From Spirochaetia bacterium (GTDB taxonomy: Bacteria > Spirochaetota > Spirochaetia > DSM-27196 > Salinispiraceae), in assembly GCA_038204425.1 (NCBI GenBank), contig JBBRCZ010000003.1:64001-128000 (forward strand): a stretch of DNA of 64,000 nt, read 5' to 3'. Made by a program: the position numbers and the translations under genes. Numbering within the stretch: position 1 is the first letter of the stretch; the number at the start of each line of letters is the position of its first letter. Shown in pieces: positions 39,217-46,141 of the stretch. The notes under the pieces are model-generated. The model made no database searches. It was not told the origin of the DNA and saw only the letters and a program-made list of their open reading frames with translations.

Positions 39217-41168
39217 GGTATCTCCTTAATGATTGGGTCCGTAGACCCAGGTTTGAATAAAACAGAAACATTGCGTCTGGTATCGGAACGCAGATCCAAA
39301 TTAATATGGGTTTTCTTTGATCCTGTCTGAACTTCTATGCGTAGCGCACCTGGACTCAACGCTAGAAAAAGTGGCTTGTCAGCTTCAAGATTGAGCGCTA
39401 TCAGTTTAGGCGTCTTTTCTCCATTTAGCATGCTGCGGCGACCGTTGATACTGAGGGTCAATCCTTCAATCTTACTTGAGATAACCAAGGCACCCGAACG
39501 AGCCTGCATTGAGATGTTGAGTCGCAGGTCGCTTTGCAGAGGACCAACATCAATCGAGAGTTCTTGTTGGTAATAACCAGGCGAAGCAACTCTAAAGCGG
39601 TAGTTTTTTCCACTTACAAGACGTTCTTTTGGATAGTCTTGCAGATTTTCCCAGATTGCGCTCTCGTTTTTGATCATAATTTGAGCCTGAGCAGTAATGT
39701 CTTGATTAATACGCCTATCAAAAACATTGAACTTGAGTCTCAATGTCTGGGCAACACCGGTTTCTGCAGGATACTTGAGTACCAAACCAGACGAACGACC
39801 CTCGGACTTTTGTACTGAGTGTGGCTGCAGATAAAAGAGCTCTTGGTAGAACTTGTTGTCGATACCAAGCTCCAGAAAGTACCATCCCATCGGCAAAAAT
39901 GTGCGATCTGAGCTAGTTTTTCCTTGCTTGCCCACACCAAAGAAGCTCAAGAGGCTGTTGTAGAAGGATGGCGTTGGCAAATTGGTAGGCGCAGCCAAAC
40001 CAGAAGCCTTGTCAGTATTTGAAGGCGAAAGAACGGGCCTAATTTGTGCACTCAGGAGTGGCGTTGTCAAATCTAGTGGCTGTTGCTCAGAAAGGATTTC
40101 TAGTCGTACGGCACCGTGACTTTCTGCGTAGAACCACTCAAACCACAATCCGCTGTATATTAGGTAGGCAAAAATTGTAGACAAAGCAAAAATAATCAGC
40201 AATTGAGTCGAAACCACGCGCTTTATTGACTTGAGAATGCCCACTTTAGGCGGTTGGTATTTGACATTATTCATCAGTGCGACTAGATGTTTGTCGAGTT
40301 CAGTTGCTTTTTCTTTTTTAAGTCTTTGTTCGAGCAAGTCGATCACCTGTTGCATATCGCGATAGCGTTCTGTTTTTTTGGCGCGTATCATTTTATTGCA
40401 AAGTCTGATGACCGTGGAGTCGAGTCGGGGATTTAGTTTTTTGACTCTAAGATACTTGCCTTTTTTAATTAACAAAAGATTGCTTGGCGACAAATCTCCT
40501 GCAAACGGCTTTTTGCCAGTCACCATTTCGTAGAGCATTACGCCCATAGCGTAGATATCTGCGCTCTTGTCAACGGATTTTGTGTTCTCAAATTGTTCTG
40601 GCGGCATGTAAGAAACGGTGCCCAAGGTCATGCCGTGCGCAGTAAGTCCATCACTTGATGGATCAGAGTTGCTTTCATACCCAGCGATGCCAAAATCGAC
40701 AAGTTTAACTTCTCCTGTTTTGGATATCAGGATATTGGCTGGCTTAATGTCACGATGAATCACACCGCAATCATGCGCGTATTTTAAAGCCTTTGATATT
40801 TCGTAGAAAATTGACAGCGCGAGAAGGCTTGGCAGAGAGCGTTGTTGACGAATAAGTTCGTCGAGCGAAAAACCATCAACATATTCTAGAACAATATAAT
40901 AAGAGGAACCCTCTTTAAAATGGTCATAAAAATTGACGATGTTCTTGTGTCTAAAGTCCATCATAATTTCGGCTTCTCGTTTAAATCGCTCTATAAAGTG
41001 CGGGTTACCACGCACCGAAAGTTTCTTAATTATAACAGAGCGTTTGAGCGTTGGATGCATAGCTTTAAAGACAGACCCCATGCCACCTTTGGCAATCAGA
41101 CCTTCTATGCGGTACTTACCAATAGTTTCGGGCAAAGCTGCCGTAGTGGGGGCCTCTTTAGCGCTCAA
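39213..41168 (-). CDS. Membrane-bound Hanks-type Ser/Thr protein kinase
   Basis: GGMGSV, IIKK, HRDIKPANIL, DFG and GTVSYMPPE, then a TM and an extracytoplasmic beta-rich C-terminus. Confidence 0.94.
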   Translation of the reverse strand: MSAKEAPTTAALPETIGKYRIEGLIAKGGMGSVFKAMHPTLKRSVIIKKLSVRGNPHFIERFKREAEIMMDFRHKNIVNFYDHFKEGSSYYIVLEYVDGFSLDELIRQQRSLPSLLALSIFYEISKALKYAHDCGVIHRDIKPANILISKTGEVKLVDFGIAGYESNSDPSSDGLTAHGMTLGTVSYMPPEQFENTKSVDKSADIYAMGVMLYEMVTGKKPFAGDLSPSNLLLIKKGKYLRVKKLNPRLDSTVIRLCNKMIRAKKTERYRDMQQVIDLLEQRLKKEKATELDKHLVALMNNVKYQPPKVGILKSIKRVVSTQLLIIFALSTIFAYLIYSGLWFEWFYAESHGAVRLEILSEQQPLDLTTPLLSAQIRPVLSPSNTDKASGLAAPTNLPTPSFYNSLLSFFGVGKQGKTSSDRTFLPMGWYFLELGIDNKFYQELFYLQPHSVQKSEGRSSGLVLKYPAETGVAQTLRLKFNVFDRRINQDITAQAQIMIKNESAIWENLQDYPKERLVSGKNYRFRVASPGYYQQELSIDVGPLQSDLRLNISMQARSGALVISSKIEGLTLSINGRRSMLNGEKTPKLIALNLEADKPLFLALSPGALRIEVQTGSKKTHINLDLRSDTRRNVSVLFKPGSTDPIIKEIP

Positions 41169-41701
41169 CTTGTTTGGTCTCCGACGTTTCTGTTGACCAT
41201 AACAAAGGAGGTACTGATGGTGCTAGTAAGTTCGTTTAAGCGCTCCGTTTCAACTGTTGGAGCGAGTGAGCTGCGAAAACACGCGATTTTTAAAACTGGA
41301 CTGGTCCTGCGGATGGGACCCTGCTTAAAATTGGCAGTAGCATCGGTTTTTAGATCGCTATCCATTACACATTGGTCTCTGCTCTCTTGTTGTGGAACAT
41401 CTTTACGAAGACCAATCGATGCGTAAGCCACTTTTCGGGTGCCGTTTTGGAGCGGACCAACGTTTACAAGGGAACCGGAGTAGGTCATAAGAATAGCACC
41501 GTGTTGATCAGTGGCCTTAAAGCTTTCTACCTCTTCCATTTCGTTTTGAGCTACTGTTTGTTCAAATCTTAGTTTTTTTTCTAACCAAGCTGTAGCCAAT
41601 ACTTCTAGAGATTCATCGCCATCCGCTAGTCCGGAAGTTTGAAAGAGCTGGTTAATGTGTGCCTGAATAAATCCTTCTAGAGAATCAAAGTTTTTCCCCA
41701 T
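41165..41701 (-). CDS. Hypothetical protein, first gene of the kinase operon
   Basis: AAGGAG RBS, 178 aa, and its stop overlaps the kinase start. Confidence 0.8.
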   Translation of the reverse strand: MGKNFDSLEGFIQAHINQLFQTSGLADGDESLEVLATAWLEKKLRFEQTVAQNEMEEVESFKATDQHGAILMTYSGSLVNVGPLQNGTRKVAYASIGLRKDVPQQESRDQCVMDSDLKTDATANFKQGPIRRTSPVLKIACFRSSLAPTVETERLNELTSTISTSFVMVNRNVGDQTS

Positions 41702-41862
41702 TTAGTGCTCCTTATCAGTGCTGGGTTTAATGTACTAAAAAAGTACCGCGACGACATTAAAATATTGGTTATTATGGAAATAAATATAATAATAGACTTT
41801 TTGTTTAACAAAATAAAAATTATTCAACTTATTCAACCTATTCTGAGCATGGCTTTAAAAAT

Positions 41863-41893
41863 AAAACAGCAAAGTAATTAGCCTTGCTGTTTT
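41863..41893. terminator. Terminator downstream of pstS
   Basis: AAAACAGCAA...TTGCTGTTTT inverted repeat. Confidence 0.7.
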
Positions 41894-41926
41894 CTTGGGC
41901 ACGGATGCTCTAGAGATTGAGCTCGA

Positions 41927-43069
41927 TTAGTAGCCGTTAGCCTTAATATCAGCAATTACAAGCTGACCGAGAGCTTCGCCTTGGTACTTGAGAGTGGAAA
42001 TCATTCTTTCAGCAATAGCCTGTGCGTCGCTGGGCAAGCGAGCAAAGCTTAGGCCTTCGTTGGTGTTTTGACCCTCAGTTACTATCCAGTACAGGAAGCG
42101 AACCAGTTCTGCTGCTTGATCACGGCTGCCGATTGCTTTGTTCTTCTCAAGGTTTTCGTAGACAAGGATCCAAGAGAAACCGGCAATTGGGTAGCCTTGA
42201 GCCGCTTCAGTATTGGTAACCATAATGCGGCCATCTTCAGGAATAGTTACGGCTGCTGCAAGACTAGTAGACTGAAGTGATGGATCAATGGTGTTACCTG
42301 CGCTGTTGATCACCTTACCATATGCTATTTTGTTGAGCACAGCATAAACAAGGCTATTGTAACCAAGTGCACCAGGTGTGTTCTGAACGATACCAGCCAC
42401 ACCTTCGTTGCCGTTACCGCCATTGCCTACAGGCCAATTGATTGAACTTCCAAAGCCAATCTTGTCGGCCCATGTCTTGTTTACTTTGGTGAGATAGTTG
42501 GCAAAGACATTAGTGGTTCCAGAACCGTCAGAACGATGAGCGATCTTGATTGGAAGACTAGGTAATTTTACTCCGGGATTGAGAGCAGCTATCTTGGCAT
42601 CATCCCAGCGAGTAATCTCACCAAGGAAAGCACCGGCAATAGTGTCTGCATTAAATACTAAGCGCTCTTTCACACTTGGAAGGTTGTAGGTTAAGACAAC
42701 ATCGCCTAAGGTAATTGGCAAGTTATAAGCGATACCAGCGGTGTTGGTTTTGACAAGTTCCATATTTTCGTCGCTCAGGAATGCTTCAGAAGCGCCAAAC
42801 ATAATGGTCTGTTCCATAAACTGACGCACCCCGCCGCCAGAACCAATCGATTGGTAGTTAATGCTAACTGCACCCTTGGAAAGCTCACGATATTCGTCAG
42901 CCCAAGCTGTTACGAGCGGTGCTGGGAAGCTAGCACCTGCGCCCAAAAGTTCGACGCTTGCTCGAGCCATCTTTGCGCCGGCCTTGTTATCAGCCTTGTC
43001 ACCCGCGCCACAAGCGCTCAGTGCTACGGTTACCGCCAGGACAAGCATGCCCCTCAAAATCTTGATCAT
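41927..43069 (-). CDS. pstS: Phosphate ABC transporter substrate-binding lipoprotein
   Basis: GAGASFPAP, YQSIGSGGG, HRSDGSGTT and YPIAGFSW, with lipobox LSAC. An AGGAGG RBS precedes ATG 43069. Confidence 0.95.
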   Translation of the reverse strand: MIKILRGMLVLAVTVALSACGAGDKADNKAGAKMARASVELLGAGASFPAPLVTAWADEYRELSKGAVSINYQSIGSGGGVRQFMEQTIMFGASEAFLSDENMELVKTNTAGIAYNLPITLGDVVLTYNLPSVKERLVFNADTIAGAFLGEITRWDDAKIAALNPGVKLPSLPIKIAHRSDGSGTTNVFANYLTKVNKTWADKIGFGSSINWPVGNGGNGNEGVAGIVQNTPGALGYNSLVYAVLNKIAYGKVINSAGNTIDPSLQSTSLAAAVTIPEDGRIMVTNTEAAQGYPIAGFSWILVYENLEKNKAIGSRDQAAELVRFLYWIVTEGQNTNEGLSFARLPSDAQAIAERMISTLKYQGEALGQLVIADIKANGY

Positions 43070-43420
43070 GATTCCTCCTATTACTCGCTTGAGTTTATTG
43101 AAAGGTAATAAGCAAAAATTAAATTCGGTACGTAATTCAGTTAGAATTCCGTTTCTTGCCCGGCAATCTGCCCTAAAAAGCACTATGTGCTGCTTAGGAT
43201 TATCCAGCATATTTTTTTGAGTCCTTACTGTCAGCGGCCAGGGTTCTGGTGAGACGATAATGCGCTAAGAGCGTTTCCAGGTCAGATTCCAGTCTACCCA
43301 AAACTTCAAAGGCGCAACGGGTGGTCCATTTGCTCGTAGACGCCTTCTGTAAATTCGTGAATCTTTGCTTTTGTTACAAAAGCTTAATAACTTGGAGAAT
43401 TGTGCTTTAGCTAGTATTTT

Positions 43421-43774
43421 TTGAGAATGGAAGAAACCCTCGATAAACGAAGCCTATCCGCCGGTGACGAAGCGTCACGAGTATTGGCACTTAAATTAAA
43501 AGACCGTTCATATTTTATTACCAAATCTTTTACTATCGGACGCTACACAAGAAGTGAAATTCCCTTGCCTAGAGACGTCCTGATATCACGGCGCCATGCG
43601 CGTATTGAATACGAACAAGGCCTCTATCACATTCAGGACCTGCATAGTAAAAATGGAACCTATCTCAACGGCGAGCCATTGGTCGGTGGTCAGAAGTATT
43701 TGTTGTCCTTTGGAGATACCGTTACTATAGGCAAGACGGTGATCACGGTTTCTTCGGCTGGGGTAGTGAGTTAG
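43421..43774 (+). CDS. Stand-alone FHA domain protein
   Basis: Canonical TIGR, ISRRHA and SKNGTYLNG. The start is probably ATG 43427. Confidence 0.9.
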   Translation: MRMEETLDKRSLSAGDEASRVLALKLKDRSYFITKSFTIGRYTRSEIPLPRDVLISRRHARIEYEQGLYHIQDLHSKNGTYLNGEPLVGGQKYLLSFGDTVTIGKTVITVSSAGVVS

Positions 43775-44069
43775 TGAATAAATGGTATTACTCGCACAAG
43801 CCAGCATGATGTGTGAAGCCAATTAGAGTATAGGCAAAGTCTTGGGTTTTGCAGCATAAGTAGTCAGACTTTTTTATTTTAGGCACTTAAATGTGAGCAA
43901 GCTCCCTTTCTTCTCTAGTTTCATATTCACTTTGAATGCCGATTCAAAATTCTACGTAATTTCCAAAGAAAGCGAACAATCTTAGAGGACTATCTATAGT
44001 GATTCGTCGTTTTTTCTTTAGTATTTTCGTAGTTCTTGTGAACTGAATATTTGATTCTTTTGCAAGCCT

Positions 44070-44091
44070 AAAAGCCGTTATTCCAAACGGC
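44070..44091 (-). terminator. Candidate terminator for minus-strand transcripts downstream of ssrA
   Basis: Minus strand GCCGTT-tggaat-AACGGC-TTTT. Confidence 0.55.
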
Positions 44092-44097
44092 CACTTA

Positions 44098-44226
44098 AAA
44101 AAAATCTCCGCTGATCGTGACCCCCACTGGTTTGCTATCTCAATGGACCAGTCGACCGGAATAGCACGGAAACACGTTGATTTTAAGTACTACCGGGTCA
44201 CTCGGTTGCCCATGCAGGGCTTTTTG
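44098..44226. ncRNA. Candidate structured non-coding RNA (unassigned)
   Basis: GTGACCC(44117-23)/GGGTCAC(44195-201) encloses ACTGGT/ACCAGT and TGCTAT/ATAGCA pairings. There is no credible ORF. Confidence 0.35.
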
Positions 44227-44234
44227 TTTTTGAA

Positions 44235-44408
44235 TGGAGGTGGCGGGTATCCCTTTCAGTCGTCGACGTCCTGTCGACTCCTTACAGGCCGGCCCACCTG
44301 ACTGGCGGTGGACTTCCTGTCCGCCTTCCTGGGCTAGGCGCCCAGCGTCAGATGGGCTTCGATACCCGTTGCAAATAAAAAAACCCTTGCGTTGCAAGGG
44401 CTTAAATT
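44235..44408 (-). mobile_element. 174-bp structured module bounded by a duplicated tmRNA 3' end (att-like scar or miniature element)
   Basis: TGGAGGTGGCGGGTATC is identical at 44235-44251 and 44409-44425, with a GC-rich multi-hairpin interior. Confidence 0.6.
44377..44400 (-). terminator. Rho-independent terminator of tmRNA
   Basis: Minus strand CCCTTGC-aac-GCAAGGG-TTTTTTT. Confidence 0.85.
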
Positions 44409-44752
44409 TGGAGGTGGCGGGTATCGAACCCGCGTCCTGGTGGGCAGAACGTGAACTTCTACAGGTTTAGTTCATTGTTGTAGTCGGACAGTACGAGCGC
44501 AATGAACAACGCTTTACTATCCCATTCCGGTTAATCTCCCTCATGCAACCCGGACACAGCACTCGGAAAGCCCTGGTTTGTTACAGACCCTAGTTGCCTC
44601 AAGGCGGCGTCAATAAGGGTCCGGCTAAAGCACTTAAGCGGCTAGAGCGTAATCTGCGTTATTATTTGCAGTTATTGTTTTGCCGGTCAGGAGACGACAC
44701 TCCACCTGCAACCCATGCCCATACACGCACCAGTCGAATCCATTACACCCCC
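44409..44752 (-). ncRNA. ssrA: tmRNA (344 nt), tag peptide ANNNADYALAA at 44669-44634
   Basis: 5' end GGGGGTGTAATGGATTCGAC and 3' end GGACGCGGGTTCGATACCCGCCACCTCCA. The acceptor stem has the G3-U70 pair, and the tag ORF ends YALAA*. It lies near smpB. Confidence 0.97.
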
Positions 44753-44766
44753 GTAATGGTAATGCA

Positions 44767-44795
44767 ATACTACTCAATACAGTCTGTTGTGACAA
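44767..44795 (-). promoter_or_regulatory. Sigma-70 promoter of ssrA
   Basis: TTGTCA-N17-TAGTAT on the minus strand, 14 nt upstream of the mature 5' end. Confidence 0.7.
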
Positions 44796-44824
44796 GTACA
44801 ATCTTTGTGGACAAGGACCAAGGG

Positions 44825-45634
44825 TTAAACCTTAAGAAAAGGCAAAACTAACGGTAGCAGAGTCTTGTTGCATGCCAGTGCCGAAATACCAAGTTGCCTC
44901 TCGCCCTCCATGTCGACAAAGGCAGCTCCAGCTTCTTCAAAGATTGGTTTGAGCGCGGCTATATCCCACAAATGCATGGCCGGATCAAGCATGATGTCAG
45001 CTCGGCCAGCAAGCAACATCAGATAACCGTAGCCGTCACCCCAGCTGCGCGACAGAGCGACTTGTTTCAAAAGCTCAACCGTTTTAGGTCTTTGCTGTAT
45101 CAGATGACTGGGATCAGTGCACAAAAGCCATGCTTTTGAAAGGCTGTCACAATCACGCAGTTTGGCGGGAGCATTGTTGTAAAAGGCACCCAAGCCCCTG
45201 GCTCCCCATGCCGTCTGATTGAGAATTGGTTGGTGAATTATGCCCAAGACTGGCCGTCCATCGTGCATCAAGGAAAGCAAAAACGTGTAGAGTGGCAAGG
45301 CGGAAATAAAACTTTTGGTTCCATCGATCGGGTCAATAGTCCAGGTCCAAGGGCTGGCTGCGGTTTTGTTGCCCCATTCTTCACCAATAATGCCATGCGT
45401 CGGGTAACGTTGCTCAATAATGCTGCGGCACAAACTCTCAGTCTCGCGGTCGGCTACGGTAACAGGACTTTGATCGTCCTTTAGCTCTACGGCAAAAATC
45501 CCGTCAAACCACGGTTTGGTGTTATCGCCGGCTTTTTTGGCCAAATCGAGCGCAAAATCAAGGTATGGCTGCAATTCTTGAGGGCTGGGTAGTGGGCTGG
45601 TACCTGCAAGTGGGGGCTTAGCGATTGTTGCCAT
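44825..45634 (-). CDS. hisN: Inositol monophosphatase family protein, probable histidinol-phosphatase
   Basis: SPVTVAD, GEE, DPIDGTKSF, WGDGYGY and WDIAAL. Confidence 0.8.
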   Translation of the reverse strand: MATIAKPPLAGTSPLPSPQELQPYLDFALDLAKKAGDNTKPWFDGIFAVELKDDQSPVTVADRETESLCRSIIEQRYPTHGIIGEEWGNKTAASPWTWTIDPIDGTKSFISALPLYTFLLSLMHDGRPVLGIIHQPILNQTAWGARGLGAFYNNAPAKLRDCDSLSKAWLLCTDPSHLIQQRPKTVELLKQVALSRSWGDGYGYLMLLAGRADIMLDPAMHLWDIAALKPIFEEAGAAFVDMEGERQLGISALACNKTLLPLVLPFLKV

Positions 45635-45653
45635 ATCTTACTCCTAGTGACGT

Positions 45654-46136
45654 TTAATGTTCAAATCTGTCTCGACTTTGGCGAGCTGCTTCGCGGTCTA
45701 AGTCACGGCTCTTAATGTCGTCGCGCTTGTCGTAAGTCTTTTTGCCCTTACACAAGCCAACTTCAATTTTGATCAAGCCACCCTTGGTATAAATTTTGAG
45801 CGGAACCAAGGTGTAGCCTTTTTCGTCAACTTTGCGGCGCAGCTTTTCTATTTCTGCCCGGTGAGCCAAGAGTCTGCGGGAGCGCGTTGGTTCGTGGTTA
45901 AAAAGATTGCTCTGGGGCCACGTGTTTATCTGCAAGGATTTGAGAAACAAAGAGCCATTGCGGGCCTCTATCCAAGCATCAGAAAAGCTAAAGTGATGTG
46001 CTTTTAGGGACTTAACTTCACTGCCCATCAAGCTGATGCCGCACTCCAACGTATCGTCGACGTGGAAATTGTGATATGCTTTTTTGTTGCTGCCGAGGAT
46101 CGCATTGGTCTTTCGACCGCCTTCTTGGGTAGCCAT
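45654..46136 (-). CDS. smpB: SsrA-binding protein
   Basis: NKKAYHNF, GISLMGSEVKSL, RRLLAH and GKKTYDKR. Confidence 0.97.
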   Translation of the reverse strand: MATQEGGRKTNAILGSNKKAYHNFHVDDTLECGISLMGSEVKSLKAHHFSFSDAWIEARNGSLFLKSLQINTWPQSNLFNHEPTRSRRLLAHRAEIEKLRRKVDEKGYTLVPLKIYTKGGLIKIEVGLCKGKKTYDKRDDIKSRDLDREAARQSRDRFEH

Positions 46137-46141
46137 GTTTC

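Noticed and set aside
35877..41701. TerY-P defence triad or T6SS regulatory module
   Set aside because: The phosphatase is PPP-like rather than PP2C, the VWA domain is exported and FHA-fused, and there are no T6SS genes in the window.
43199..43375. Start-less minus-strand open frame upstream of pstS and the 47-aa N-terminal extension of PstS
   Set aside because: There is no good start or recognisable homology. The strong RBS and lipoprotein signal place the pstS start at 43069.
44098..44226. Known riboswitch (SAM-I, ykkC, ZTP)
   Set aside because: Only short fragments resemble these consensus sequences, and there is no downstream gene to regulate.
44287..44357. HDV-like ribozyme (segment begins GGCCGGC)
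   Set aside because: I could not build the nested P1/P2/P3/P1.1 double pseudoknot, and simple hairpins explain the sequence.
43775..44425. Prophage or genomic island at ssrA
   Set aside because: The repeats are only 174 bp apart, and no integrase or phage genes are visible.
44140..44851. ORFs 44140-44397, 44234-44470 and 44594-44851
   Set aside because: They overlap the tmRNA and structured non-coding elements and are not protein-like.
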